Notes under the pieces: model-generated | What the model saw: the letters and a program-made list of their open reading frames with translations, nothing else | What the model was told of the DNA's origin: nothing | The model's database searches: none | Part shown: piece by piece, positions 9,237 to 19,284 of the stretch | How the letters are laid out: every line of letters starts with the position of its first letter | Numbering within the stretch: position 1 is the first letter of the stretch | Position numbers and translations under genes: made by a program | Source of the DNA: Desulfobacterales bacterium | GTDB lineage: Bacteria; Desulfobacterota; Desulfobacteria; Desulfobacterales; UBA5852 | Length of the DNA: 64,000 nt | Reading direction: 5' to 3' | Assembly (NCBI GenBank): GCA_963674755.2 | Contig: CAXXVS010000003.1 | Span: 2,368,001-2,432,000 of the forward strand

Positions 9237-10667
9237 ATGGGTGACCAATCGACGCAGCTGGCGGTGATCGGGGCCGGGCCGGGAGGGTATGCGGCGGCGT
9301 TTTTGGCGGCGGACCTGGGGCTGCAGGTGACGCTCATCGATCCGGAGGCCAATCCGGGGGGCGTTTGCCTCTACCGGGGCTGCATTCCGTCCAAGACCCT
9401 GCTGCATGCCGCCCAGATGGTGCAGGAGGCCCGTAACGGCGATCAGTGGGGGCTGATGTTCACAGGCCTTTCGGTGGATGTCGATATACTGCGGCGGAAG
9501 AAAGACTCGGTGGTGACCCAGTTTACCGAGGGGCTCGGGCAGCTGGTCAAGCGCCGCAAAATCGAGCATATCCGAGGCCATGCCGTCTTTGCGGACGAGA
9601 AGACGTTGACCGTCGAGGATCTGGACGGCCGGACGCACCGTCTGGCTTTCGAGCAGGCCATCATCGCCACGGGGTCCCGGGCCGTGACCCTGCCCTTGTT
9701 CGCCGATGCCGGCGACCAGGTGCTCGACGCCACGGCGGCCCTGGAACTGGAAGATATTCCCGAGCGGCTCCTGGTGGTGGGCGGGGGCTACATCGGGCTC
9801 GAGCTGGGCAGCGTCTATGCCGGCCTGGGGTCCAGGGTGAGCGTGGTGGAAATGACACCGGAGCTGTTGCCCGGCGTCGACCGGGACCTGGTGCGGTTTC
9901 TCCACAAACGCCTGAAAAATTTGTTCGAGGAAATCCAGCTCGAAACGGCTGTGACGGCCGCCAAGGCACAAAAGAACGGCGTCATGGTCAGCATCAAACA
10001 TAAAGATGGAGAGGCGCAGAACCGCCTGTTCGACAAGGTCCTGGTGGCCGTGGGCCGCCGCCCCCGGAGCGACGGTCTGGGGCTTGAAAAGATCGGGGTC
10101 GCCACGGACGAGCAGGGGTTCATTCGCGTGGACCCCCAACGCCGCACCCATCTTTCGCACATCTTTGCCATCGGGGATGTGGCCGGCCAGCCCATGCTGG
10201 CCCACAAGGCTTCCCACGAGGGGCGCGTGGCCGCAGAGGCGATTGCCGGGCAGAAATCGGCCTTCGATCCCCTGGCCATTCCGGCGGTGGTCTTCACCGA
10301 ACCGGAGATCGCCTGGGCCGGCCTGACCGAAACCCAGGCCAAGACCAAGGGGATCAAATACGAGGTGGCCCGCTTTCCCTGGGGCGCCTCCAGCCGGGCC
10401 GCCACCCTGGGCGCCCCCGACGGCCTCACCAAATTGCTCGTGCACCCGGGAAGCGAGCGCATCCTCGGCGTCGGCCTGGTGGGCAGCGGGGCCGGCGAAC
10501 TCATCGCCGAAGGCACCCTGGCCATCGAAATGGGGGCCAATGTCACCGACCTGGGTTTGACCATCCATCCCCACCCCACCCTCAGCGAAACCCTGATGGA
10601 AGCCGCCCACGTGTTTCACGGCACGGCGGCCCACTATTACAATCCCCGGCGCAAAAAGCGCCGCTAG
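9237..10667 (+). CDS. lpdA: Dihydrolipoamide dehydrogenase E3
   Basis: GAGPGGY; GGVCLYRGCIPSK redox disulfide; HPHPTLSE. Confidence 0.95.
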   Translation: MGDQSTQLAVIGAGPGGYAAAFLAADLGLQVTLIDPEANPGGVCLYRGCIPSKTLLHAAQMVQEARNGDQWGLMFTGLSVDVDILRRKKDSVVTQFTEGLGQLVKRRKIEHIRGHAVFADEKTLTVEDLDGRTHRLAFEQAIIATGSRAVTLPLFADAGDQVLDATAALELEDIPERLLVVGGGYIGLELGSVYAGLGSRVSVVEMTPELLPGVDRDLVRFLHKRLKNLFEEIQLETAVTAAKAQKNGVMVSIKHKDGEAQNRLFDKVLVAVGRRPRSDGLGLEKIGVATDEQGFIRVDPQRRTHLSHIFAIGDVAGQPMLAHKASHEGRVAAEAIAGQKSAFDPLAIPAVVFTEPEIAWAGLTETQAKTKGIKYEVARFPWGASSRAATLGAPDGLTKLLVHPGSERILGVGLVGSGAGELIAEGTLAIEMGANVTDLGLTIHPHPTLSETLMEAAHVFHGTAAHYYNPRRKKRR

Positions 10668-10732
10668 GGATATCCCTGCCGACCGATCTGAAATGCCATG
10701 GCCGCCATCGGCAGCCGGCAGCCGGGTCGGGC

Positions 10733-10773
10733 TTGACATTTTAGAGCATCATTTGATATGCAACAAATGATGC
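10733..10773 (+). promoter_or_regulatory. Sigma70 -35 (TTGACA) with overlapping palindromic operator
   Basis: TTGACA at 10733-10738; perfect inverted repeat GCATCATTTG-N8-CAAATGATGC at 10746-10773, directly upstream of a TetR gene. Confidence 0.7.
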
Positions 10774-10828
10774 ATAACATATGATTTCTATCCGGAAAAC
10801 CGACCACGCCTTTAGCGGAGGAATTTTC

Positions 10829-11407
10829 ATGCCCCCCAAATTCAAATTCACCCGGGAGGAAATTGTTGCAGCGGCGCTCACGATCGTGCGGCAGGGCGGC
10901 TGGCCGGCCCTGACCACCCGATCCCTGGCCGAAGCGCTCAACGCCTCGGCCCGGCCCATTTACTCTTTCTTCGGATCCATGGCCGAGGTCGAAGAAGAGG
11001 TGGTCAAAAAGACCGTCGATCTGCTCTACCGGCGCATGCTCCGGAAAGAAACCGGCGATCCCTGGCACGATCACGGCATCGGCTATGTCCTTTTCGCCAG
11101 GGAAGAAAAGGCCCTCTTCCGGGCCGTCAACGATGAACACCATATTGCCCTTTTCAAAAGGTACGGCGATATGATCTGGGAGACCCTGACGACGGCGCTG
11201 TCCGACTACCCGCTTTTTAAGGAACTGACCCCGGAACAGGTCGACCGGATCCAGCTCCATCGCTGGCTCTTCGCCCATGGGATGGCCTTTTCGGCCAGCA
11301 ACCCTCCCCCGCAAACATGGACCCGCAAAAAGATCGTGACGGCTATGCAGGAGGGCAGCCAGGCCATTTATCATGGGTTGCGGCAGCAATTTCAATCGCC
11401 ACCATAA
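10829..11407 (+). CDS. TetR/AcrR-family regulator
   Basis: MPPKFKFTREEIVAAAL..GWPALTTRSLAEALNASARPIYSFF HTH; GGAGG RBS before ATG at 10829. Confidence 0.9.
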   Translation: MPPKFKFTREEIVAAALTIVRQGGWPALTTRSLAEALNASARPIYSFFGSMAEVEEEVVKKTVDLLYRRMLRKETGDPWHDHGIGYVLFAREEKALFRAVNDEHHIALFKRYGDMIWETLTTALSDYPLFKELTPEQVDRIQLHRWLFAHGMAFSASNPPPQTWTRKKIVTAMQEGSQAIYHGLRQQFQSPP

Positions 11408-11423
11408 CCAGAAGGAGGAGACC

Positions 11424-12296
11424 ATGGCAGCAAGCGATCCCCGAAAAATGGCGTTGCAGATCGCCGGCCTGCGGGCCAATGAAACCCACTTGCCGGAGAA
11501 TGAACGGGTGTTCGAAGATCCCTATGCGGAATGGTTCTTTCCCGAGGATGTCCGGAAAATGTTCCAGGACCCGGATTTGGTCAAAGCCGAACGGGCCAAG
11601 TATGAAAGCGTCATGCCCGGGGTCAACGGGGCCATCGTGGCCCGCATCCGCTACATCGATGAATGCCTTCTCGGATTGTTGGGGGAAGGCCTGCAGCAAT
11701 TGGTCATCATCGGCGCCGGCTACGACACCCGGGCTTATCGTATTCCCGGCGTGGGGGAAGCCCTCAAGGTGTTTGAAGTGGACCATCCCCTGACCCAGGA
11801 AACCAAAATCGAAACCATCCGGAAGATATTCGGGGCGTTGCCGGACCACGTGGTTTTCGTACCGCTGGTCTTCGGGGCGGACCGGCTGGACCACAGGCTG
11901 GTGGCGCATGGTTATGATTCAAGTCGCAAAACGCTCTTCATCATAGAGGGGCTGCTCATGTATATTCCCGAACCGGCCGTGGAGGCGCTCTTGACGTTTG
12001 TTGCCGGCAACTCCGGTTCGGGGAGCGCCCTCGTCGGGGATTATTTCGACCACACCGTCATCGAAGGCGCCAGCCCGCTGCCGGAAGCCCGGGCGCTGAA
12101 AGCGTTTGTCGAGCAGGAAGGGTCGGCCCTGCGGTTTGGCTTCGAGGAAGGGCAGGTCGGGGCTTACCTCAGAGACCGCGGCTTCGCGGAGGTGGTGACC
12201 GTCAATGCCCTGGCGTGCAAAGCCAGATACTTCCCTGCCGCCGGCCCTGAACGACGGGTGTCGTCCATGTTCAATTTTGTCAGGGCGGTGGTCTGA
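11424..12296 (+). CDS. SAM-dependent methyltransferase (leucine carboxyl methyltransferase-like)
   Basis: FEDPYA, QLVIIGAGYDTRAYR, VFEVDHP, EGLLMY; AGGAGG RBS. Confidence 0.88.
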   Translation: MAASDPRKMALQIAGLRANETHLPENERVFEDPYAEWFFPEDVRKMFQDPDLVKAERAKYESVMPGVNGAIVARIRYIDECLLGLLGEGLQQLVIIGAGYDTRAYRIPGVGEALKVFEVDHPLTQETKIETIRKIFGALPDHVVFVPLVFGADRLDHRLVAHGYDSSRKTLFIIEGLLMYIPEPAVEALLTFVAGNSGSGSALVGDYFDHTVIEGASPLPEARALKAFVEQEGSALRFGFEEGQVGAYLRDRGFAEVVTVNALACKARYFPAAGPERRVSSMFNFVRAVV

Positions 12297-12430
12297 GAAA
12301 CACGTGTTTGCGAATGTGATATGCTTTTGTTGCGTGGCCCATGAGGGCTGGGCGGGGCGCCGATGTATGAAAATGGGGCAATAAACGACTTGACAAAAAA
12401 AGAGAAATCGATATGAAAGACGGACATAAT

Positions 12431-12591
12431 GATCAGGCGCTCAAAATGAGCTGAAAAGGGAACCCCGTTAAAATCGGGGACGGGCCCGCCGCTGTGATCG
12501 GGGACGAAATCCGCTCAATGCCACTGCCTGCATGAAGGACGGGAAGGCGCGGAAACTAGGACGAACCGAAAGTCAGAAGACCTGCCTGATC
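12431..12591 (+). ncRNA. Cobalamin riboswitch 1 (upstream of cbiK)
   Basis: AAAGGGAAccccGTtAAAtcgggg..cccGCcgCTGT..GCCACTG..GGGAAGG..AGTCAGAAGACCTGCC; P1 gatcagg/cctgatc; TTGACA at 12390. Confidence 0.93.
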
Positions 12592-12653
12592 TTTGGAGCG
12601 CTGTCATCGCGGACAAAGGTGCGCTCAAGCCGATTCTGTGGAAAAAGGGACTT

Positions 12654-12689
12654 CCCGGGTCGATCATCGATCGAACCGGGATTTTTTTT
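12654..12689 (+). terminator. Riboswitch expression-platform terminator
   Basis: cccgggtcgatc..gatcgaaccggg hairpin followed by a T-tract. Confidence 0.75.
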
Positions 12690-12803
12690 CGATTAGTGCC
12701 GGTCAGGACTGTTACGCAGCACTCCCCACAGGATTGCGACGGTCACAATACGGCCATGATTTTTGCGGTCCACCGCGGGACCTTTTTTTCCGGAGCCTAT
12801 GCC

Positions 12804-13607
12804 ATGACGAATCATACCCCCATTGTGCTGGCCGCCTTCGGCACCTCCAGCTGGGCCATGGATACCTACCGTATGATGGGCGCGGCCGTCAAAGCCGCTT
12901 TTCCGCTTCATCACGTTGTTTGGGCGTATACTTCCCGGATCATCCGCTCGCAGATGCGCAAGCACGGTCATGCCGACCTGAAAAGCCCCGCGCAGGTCCT
13001 GGCCGAACTGGGGCAAACAGGCCATGAATGGGCCGTGGTCCAATCGCTGCACCTTATTTGCGGCCATGAGTTCTACCGGCTGGTGGACGAGGTCAACGAC
13101 AGCGCCATCCGTACCAGTATGGGGCTGCCGTTGTTGACCGCACCGGAGGACTACCGGGATGTCGCCGCGGCAATTCTCGCAACGCATCCGAATGTCGGTG
13201 GCACGGCTGTGGTCCTGGTGGGCCACGGGACGGATCATCCGGCCTGGACCGCCTATCCGGCCCTGGCGCAGATCATCGGGGCCGCCGGCGGCACACATGT
13301 CCACATGGCCACCATCGAGGGGGCGTCGTCAATGGACGAAACCGTCGCTGATGTTCTCCGGTCGGGCGCTCGGCACGTCCTTTTGATTCCCCTGATGCTG
13401 GTGGCCGGCGTGCACCTCCAGGAGGATATCGCCGGGGACGACGGCTCCTGGAAACAGGCCTTTTTAGAAGCCGGCCTGTCCGTAACCGTTGGGAGCAAGG
13501 GGTTGGGCCGGCACCCGGCCGTCATCGACATTTTCATCCGCCATATCCGGGATGCGCTCGCGACGATTCCGGACAGGGCGCCGGCCCGCGATCGAAGAGA
13601 TTGCTGA
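12804..13607 (+). CDS. cbiK: Sirohydrochlorin cobaltochelatase
   Basis: LAAFGTS, VQSLHLICGHEF, VGHGT, PLMLVAGVHLQEDIAG; lies downstream of a B12 riboswitch. Confidence 0.85.
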   Translation: MTNHTPIVLAAFGTSSWAMDTYRMMGAAVKAAFPLHHVVWAYTSRIIRSQMRKHGHADLKSPAQVLAELGQTGHEWAVVQSLHLICGHEFYRLVDEVNDSAIRTSMGLPLLTAPEDYRDVAAAILATHPNVGGTAVVLVGHGTDHPAWTAYPALAQIIGAAGGTHVHMATIEGASSMDETVADVLRSGARHVLLIPLMLVAGVHLQEDIAGDDGSWKQAFLEAGLSVTVGSKGLGRHPAVIDIFIRHIRDALATIPDRAPARDRRDC

Positions 13608-13614
13608 GCCCCTT

Positions 13615-13878
13615 TCATTCATGGGGATGGTCGTGGGGCTCCTTTTCATGACCCGGATGGTCGTGCTCGTGGGGACCGTGCTCGCCGGTATGTTCGTGAT
13701 CGTGCACATGATCGTCGGCCCCATGATGATGTTCATGGCTGTGTTCGTGGTGATGGGGATGGTGGTGGGTGTGGCCGTGCTCATGGCTGTGCGCCTGCCC
13801 GTCGTGGGTGTGTTCGTGTGAGTGGGTGTGCTCGTGTTCATGCTCGTGGTCATGCTGATGGGGGTGTTTGCCTTCCAT
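13615..13878 (-). CDS. His-rich putative metal-binding peptide (87 aa, 38 His)
   Basis: AAGGAG RBS before ATG at 13878; HxHxH repeats; last gene after nikE. Confidence 0.75.
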   Translation of the reverse strand: MEGKHPHQHDHEHEHEHTHSHEHTHDGQAHSHEHGHTHHHPHHHEHSHEHHHGADDHVHDHEHTGEHGPHEHDHPGHEKEPHDHPHE

Positions 13879-14047
13879 TGCGTGGTTCTCCTTTTCGTGT
13901 TCGGGGGGTGTGGTGGCGTTCACCGCTAGTGGTGAATCCTACTGCTGTCCTCATGATGTTCACGTCATGATCTCCACCTCCGGTAGCGAAGGACCCGGAG
14001 CGGTCCTGCCGAACCGGGGTGTATTTCCAAGAAAGGGATGATGTCGG

Positions 14048-14851
14048 TCAGCCTGTCATGCATTGGGCCGGAGGCATGGCAGGGAGCATGGCAGCGGCCA
14101 GTTGTCCCAGAGATCCTGTCATTTGGGCCTGGCGATCGTGCCGGTGGTCAAATGCCACCAGAACGCCATCCTCCATGGCAACGGCATGGTCGCAAAAGCG
14201 TTTCACCAAGCGCAAATCGTGGGTGATGAATAAATAGGCCACACCTTCTTCCGAGCGTAAGTCATCCAGCAGATCGAGAATTTTGGCCTGTACAAGCATG
14301 TCCTGGCTAGATACGGCTTCGTCTAGAATAATGCAGCGTGGCTTGGCGGCAAGGGCTCGCGCAATCGAGATGCGCTGAAGCTGCCCCCCGCTAAACTGCG
14401 ATGGGTGTTTGGTCGCATCGTCTCTACGCAAGCCCACCTTTATCAGCAGATCCGCCACCCGTTCATCGAGGGCCCTGCCGCGCAACCGCTCGAAATTGCG
14501 CAAAGGCTCGGCAATGATGCTTTTCGCCGTGAGCCTTGGGTTTAGAGAGCCCACGGCATCCTGAAATACCACCTGCAAAGCACGCCGCTGATCACGATCA
14601 ATGTGCACACGGTTGCCAACCACCGTGGGTCTGCCTAGGATGCGCACTTCTCCATCCGTGGGAGCTTCGAGGCCCAGCATGATGCGCCCCAGCGTGCTTT
14701 TTCCTGATCCGCTACGGCCCACAAGCCCCACACATTCTCCCTCGGCGACGGAAAGGTTGACGCCCTTGAGGACGGGAACACGTTTAGCCCTGCTGAAAAA
14801 TCCACCGCACCTATAGGTTTTGGTCACCCCGTGCGCCTCGATGATGTTCAT
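14048..14851 (-). CDS. nikE: Nickel ABC transporter ATPase
   Basis: GRSGSGKST, FSGGQLQR, ILDEAVS; AGGAGG RBS; fifth gene of the nik operon. Confidence 0.88.
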   Translation of the reverse strand: MNIIEAHGVTKTYRCGGFFSRAKRVPVLKGVNLSVAEGECVGLVGRSGSGKSTLGRIMLGLEAPTDGEVRILGRPTVVGNRVHIDRDQRRALQVVFQDAVGSLNPRLTAKSIIAEPLRNFERLRGRALDERVADLLIKVGLRRDDATKHPSQFSGGQLQRISIARALAAKPRCIILDEAVSSQDMLVQAKILDLLDDLRSEEGVAYLFITHDLRLVKRFCDHAVAMEDGVLVAFDHRHDRQAQMTGSLGQLAAAMLPAMPPAQCMTG

Positions 14852-14864
14852 ACAGGACCTCCTG

Positions 14865-15695
14865 TCAGTTGCACCTGGCTTCCATGTCGATGCCGTACAG
14901 TCGATAATGGGCTTCCAGTAGAGAGATGGTATAGGGATGGCGCGGCTTATTGAAAACGGCCTGCACATTTCCGCGTTCTAATATCGCTCCTTCGCGCATC
15001 ACCAGCACTTCATCGGCCAGGTGTGCAATCACTGAAAGATCGTGGGTTACGAGAAGCACCCCAAGGTCCCGGTCGCGGACCAACGACGCCATAAGATCCA
15101 GGACACGCCTCTGGGACACCGCATCGAGATCGGTGGTGGCCTCGTCGGCCAGCAGGAAGTCGACATCGAGTGCCAAGGCCAACGCAATCATGACGCGCTG
15201 GAGCATTCCGCCGCTCATCTGAAAAGGATAGAGCGGCAGAATGGCTTCCGGCTCATCAAAGCCTACTTTGGCGAGCGAAGAACACCATTGCGGTTTGGTG
15301 TTGTCAAAACGGGACGCATGATGCGCCGCCAATGTCTCCCGAAAGTGGGTTTTAATGGTGCATACGGGATTAAAACAGCTTATCGGATTCTGGAGGATCA
15401 TGGCGATGCGACTGCCGCGCGATTCACGGGCCAGCGCGGCCTTCCGGGGCGCCAGGGGCATGCTGATCCCGTCCAGCAACACGGTACCCGCAACGAACAG
15501 TCCCCTGGGCGGCAGACCCATAATGGTCTGGCATGTGAGCGACTTCCCGCTGCCGCTTTCCCCCACCAGCCCGGTCACGCATCCCTTTTCCGCCGTAAAA
15601 CTCAACCCATTGACCAACGCCCTGTCGCCGGCATGGATGCTTAGATCGCGAACATTCAGATAGGCCCGGGAGCGGGCAAGCGCCGATGCTGTCAT
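14865..15695 (-). CDS. nikD: Nickel ABC transporter ATPase
   Basis: [28 protein letters not shown] overlap with the nikC stop. Confidence 0.88.
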   Translation of the reverse strand: MTASALARSRAYLNVRDLSIHAGDRALVNGLSFTAEKGCVTGLVGESGSGKSLTCQTIMGLPPRGLFVAGTVLLDGISMPLAPRKAALARESRGSRIAMILQNPISCFNPVCTIKTHFRETLAAHHASRFDNTKPQWCSSLAKVGFDEPEAILPLYPFQMSGGMLQRVMIALALALDVDFLLADEATTDLDAVSQRRVLDLMASLVRDRDLGVLLVTHDLSVIAHLADEVLVMREGAILERGNVQAVFNKPRHPYTISLLEAHYRLYGIDMEARCN

Positions 15696-16593
15696 TGATA
15701 GGCCTCCTGAAGACTTTCGGAAGATGCCGCGGCCGCGCGGGGGGCGTTGTCCGCGACTTGCTGTTCCAGAGCCTGTGGGTCCAGCGCATCGCGCAGGGCG
15801 TCGCCAAGCAGGTTGAAGGCCATGACCGTGACGAAAATGGCCAAGCCCGGAACCATAATCAGCTCCGGATGTGTCCAGACATATTGACGCGCGTCCGCGA
15901 TCATGACGCCCCATTCCGGGGTCGGCGGTCTGACGCCCAGCCCAGAAAGGAAAGGCCCGAGACATGCATCATCATATGGCCGATATCAAGGGTGGCCAGG
16001 ATGGCCAACTGGGCGAAAACCGGGGGCAGAACGTGCCGCACCATCGTCATGAACCTTCCCGTGCCCGAAACCCTTGCCGCGAGTACATGCTTCCGATTTT
16101 TCAAGGCCAATACCAGACTGCGGATGATGCGTGCGTACCAGGCCCAATGGGTCAGGGACACGGCCAGAATGACATTGACGATTCCTGTCCCCAGCACCCC
16201 GATCATGAACATGGCCAGGATGAAGGTGGGGAAGGTGAGAAATACATCGCAAATGCGCATTAGGGTCGAATCAAAGGCCCCGCCCGCGTATCCCGCCGTG
16301 GCCCCTACGGCAAACCCAAACAACAGGATAACGCCCGCAATGATCGCCACAGCGCCCAGCGAGGTGCGGGCGCCGTAAAGAAGCCGCGACAGCACGTCCC
16401 GTCCGAGGTGATCGCAGCCCAGCGGATGAGCGCGGCTTGGTTCCGCAAACTTATCCGCCAGAGCGATTTCGGTGGGATCATGCGCTGTCAGAAACGGCGC
16501 GCACAGGGCGGACAAGGTCAGGATGAGCACGGCAACAATGGAAAAGGCCACAAGGCCCCGGCGCAGATACCGTTTTAACCCGTTGGGCGTCAT
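15692..16593 (-). pseudogene. nikC: Nickel ABC permease with a 1-bp deletion frameshift near 15941 (real or sequencing error)
   Basis: Frame ends [10 protein letters not shown]. Restoring one base in CTGGG/CTGGGC gives [26 protein letters not shown]..., which continues into ORF 15692-15904. Confidence 0.85.
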
Positions 16594-17531
16594 TGGCCGC
16601 CTCCTTCATAGCGAATCCGCGGATCGAGCCAGGCGTAGCAGATATCGACAACCAGATTCATGGTGACAAAGATCGTGGTCATGATGAGAATAAAGCATTG
16701 CATGATCGGATAGTCGCGATTGTAAATGGCAGACACCGCATAGCGGCCCACTCCCGGCCAGGCAAAAATCGACTCGGCGATGACCGCCCCGCCGAAAAGC
16801 TCGCCCACATGCATGCCCACGGCCGTAATGACCGGGATGAGCGAGTTGACCAGCACATGTCGTCCCACCACCACGGACTCCGGCAATCCCCGGGCCCTGG
16901 CGTAGAGAACGTACCGCGAGTGCATGTTATCGAGCATATTGGCACGGATCAGCCGGGTGTTGATGCCCAGCGACATGAGGGACATGGTCAGCACGGGCAT
17001 CACCATGTAGGCGGGGCCGCCCTTGCCCATGGGCGGCAGCCAGCCAAGTTTGATCGAAAACAGCCAGACAAGAAGGAAACCGAACCAGAAGTTCGGCATG
17101 GATACACCGAAAAAACTTAGTCCCCGGGTGAGGTGGTCTGGCAGTTGGTCCTTTTTCAGCGCCGCAACCATGCCCAGGGGCACGCTTAGCACCAAGGTGA
17201 GCAGCAATGAAGCCGCGGCCAGGATAAGCGTGTTGGGAAGGTAGTAGAGAATTTCATCTAGCACCGGATTCTTGGTCACGTAGGAGCGGCCGAAGTCCCC
17301 CCGCACAGCCCGGCCAAGCCAATCCAGATATTGCACGTGCAGCGGGCGGTCCAATCCAAGCTCGGCACGCGCAACGGCCAGGGCCTGATCCGTAGGGGGG
17401 ATGTTGGACATCCGCAGATAGGACATGGCCGGATCCCCTTCGCCGAGGCGCAGAATGCCGAAGACTACCAGAGACACCGCCAGGAGGATGAGGGGCAGCA
17501 ACGCCAATCGCTTGAGAATGTATCGTAACAT
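16590..17531 (-). CDS. nikB: Nickel ABC permease
   Basis: GDPAMSYLRMS..LGLDRPL; YARARGL EAA loop; ESIFAWPGVGR. Confidence 0.9.
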   Translation of the reverse strand: MLRYILKRLALLPLILLAVSLVVFGILRLGEGDPAMSYLRMSNIPPTDQALAVARAELGLDRPLHVQYLDWLGRAVRGDFGRSYVTKNPVLDEILYYLPNTLILAAASLLLTLVLSVPLGMVAALKKDQLPDHLTRGLSFFGVSMPNFWFGFLLVWLFSIKLGWLPPMGKGGPAYMVMPVLTMSLMSLGINTRLIRANMLDNMHSRYVLYARARGLPESVVVGRHVLVNSLIPVITAVGMHVGELFGGAVIAESIFAWPGVGRYAVSAIYNRDYPIMQCFILIMTTIFVTMNLVVDICYAWLDPRIRYEGGGQ

Positions 17532-17539
17532 GGCGGCGC

Positions 17540-19171
17540 CTATTGCTTTCGCATGGATTCAAAAGGGATCTCATGTTTGGTGGCGCCGAAACCGGTCCCC
17601 TCAAGATTTTCTCGGTGAACCATGATGGCCGTCATATACGAAAGTGGAAGATAGACGGCCTGCTCATGCAGTGTGGTCAGGATGTCGGCATACAGGCGGC
17701 GGCGTTCATCTTCGTTCACGGTCACAAGAACCTTACCGATTTCGGTATCGATAGCGGCCTTCATGGGCAATCCAAGCTGGGCCTGGTAGTCGGCATGGGA
17801 CGGTATGCGCATGGAACTGCAGAAGGAATGCGGATCGTAGGGCGTGCCCCAGGTGTCGCCAAAAATCAGGCCGAATTCACCGCTTTTTTGGCGGCTGTAA
17901 AAAGAGTCGCTTTCCTCTCCGATGAGATTTGCTTTCACCCCGATCTTCTTCAGGTAGCCCTGGAGCACTTCGGCCACTGATTTTTGCAAGGCGTCGTTGC
18001 CTACGAAACACAGATCTATGGCCAGTTCCTTGCCGTCCTTGGCGCGATAGACAGAACCCTTGGACAGAATCCAGCCCGCCCCGTCAAGTAGTCCGGCGGC
18101 TCCTGCCGGGTCATAGGCGAAAGGCGGAAGATCCAGATTGCAGTAGGGCATCGAAGGGGCGAAAATGGCATCGGCTTTTTCCTCCACGCCCAAGAAAATG
18201 TGATCCACCAACGCCTTTTTATCCACTGCGTGCAGGATCGCTTTGCGCACGGCGATTTCATTCGTGGGAAAACGGTTGGTGTTGAGGGCCAGGGCGCGAG
18301 TGGCCAGCGGCTGGGAGACAGCCGTGACAATGTCCTTCATCTCCCGGTAGCGTTCGAAGGTGTCCAGACCGATCTGTCCCGCACCGTGCCCGCCCGATCC
18401 GTAGATAAGATCGATTTCCCCTGTGTCGAAAGCCACTGCCCTGGCATTGGCATCCGGGATGACCTTGACGACGAGATGCTTCATCTTGGGTTTCTCACCC
18501 CAATAACGGTCATTGCGTTCGAAGACGTCGTACTCGCCCTTCACCATCTCGGTGACCTTCCAGGGGCCGGTGCCAATGGGAGCCTTGATGCCCTTGCTCG
18601 TGTCACCGTCGTCAGGGAAGGCCGCGGGGGCTAGGAAGCGGACCGGACGAACCAACGCGAGTTCTTGCAGAATGGGGTAATACGCATCCTTCAATGTCAA
18701 TTTCACGGTGTATTCATCGATGATGCGCACGGCCTCCCCCCCTGCAGCATCAACCGCATGAAGCTGATTGACAAGCTCCAACCAGTGGTGCCTTTCGTGG
18801 TTCTTGAGAACCGCGTCGAAATTCAACTTTACGGCCTGGGCGTTAAACGGCGTTCCGTCGGAAAAGGTTACACCTTTGCGAAGGTTGAAATTGTACTCCC
18901 GGCCATCCTCGCTGACGGTCCAGGACGCGGCAAGCCAGGGTGCCACTGAGCCGTCGGCCTGGTATTTTACCAGTGGTTCGTAAACCAAGGCTTGGGCGAA
19001 CATCTGGCTCGGGGAATAGAGATGGGGGTTAAGGGGTCCTACATTGCTCGACCAGGAGTAGACGAGAACCTGATCACTCTCAGGCGGCGCCGCAAGCGTA
19101 TTGGAGAGAGACAGAGAAACCGAGCAAAAAACCAGAACAAGGCCCAATATAACAAACCGGATATGCTTCAT
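17540..19171 (-). CDS. nikA: Nickel ABC substrate-binding protein
   Basis: Signal peptide; NVGPLNPHLYSPSQMFAQ..VYEPLVKYQADGSV; PYDPHSF..SMRIPSHADYQAQLGL, closely resembling enterobacterial NikA. Confidence 0.92.
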   Translation of the reverse strand: MKHIRFVILGLVLVFCSVSLSLSNTLAAPPESDQVLVYSWSSNVGPLNPHLYSPSQMFAQALVYEPLVKYQADGSVAPWLAASWTVSEDGREYNFNLRKGVTFSDGTPFNAQAVKLNFDAVLKNHERHHWLELVNQLHAVDAAGGEAVRIIDEYTVKLTLKDAYYPILQELALVRPVRFLAPAAFPDDGDTSKGIKAPIGTGPWKVTEMVKGEYDVFERNDRYWGEKPKMKHLVVKVIPDANARAVAFDTGEIDLIYGSGGHGAGQIGLDTFERYREMKDIVTAVSQPLATRALALNTNRFPTNEIAVRKAILHAVDKKALVDHIFLGVEEKADAIFAPSMPYCNLDLPPFAYDPAGAAGLLDGAGWILSKGSVYRAKDGKELAIDLCFVGNDALQKSVAEVLQGYLKKIGVKANLIGEESDSFYSRQKSGEFGLIFGDTWGTPYDPHSFCSSMRIPSHADYQAQLGLPMKAAIDTEIGKVLVTVNEDERRRLYADILTTLHEQAVYLPLSYMTAIMVHRENLEGTGFGATKHEIPFESMRKQ

Positions 19172-19227
19172 CTTACACCCCTCTTTTGTTAGGACGCATT
19201 CGTGCAAGAAGGATTCGCTTCGCGGGC

Positions 19228-19284
19228 AAAAAAAAAACCACGAAGGTCATCCCCATTTGGGTTTGGTGGACCTTCGTGGCCTTG
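19228..19284 (-). promoter_or_regulatory. Leader attenuator with GCCACGAAGG motif (nikA)
   Basis: Minus strand GGCCACGAAGGTC..GACCTTCGTGG-T10, ending ~55 nt before the nikA start. Confidence 0.75.

Noticed and set aside
5556..10739. Long antisense ORFs (621 aa, 515 aa) opposite aceE and lpdA; similar ones at 33353-34957, 41695-43404 and 59416-60663
   Set aside because: Shadow frames of high-GC coding genes; no motifs, fully overlapping well-supported CDSs.
15901..15904. TGA ending the nikC frame as selenocysteine or programmed readthrough
   Set aside because: Homology continues in a different frame upstream of the stop, so this is an indel and not recoding.
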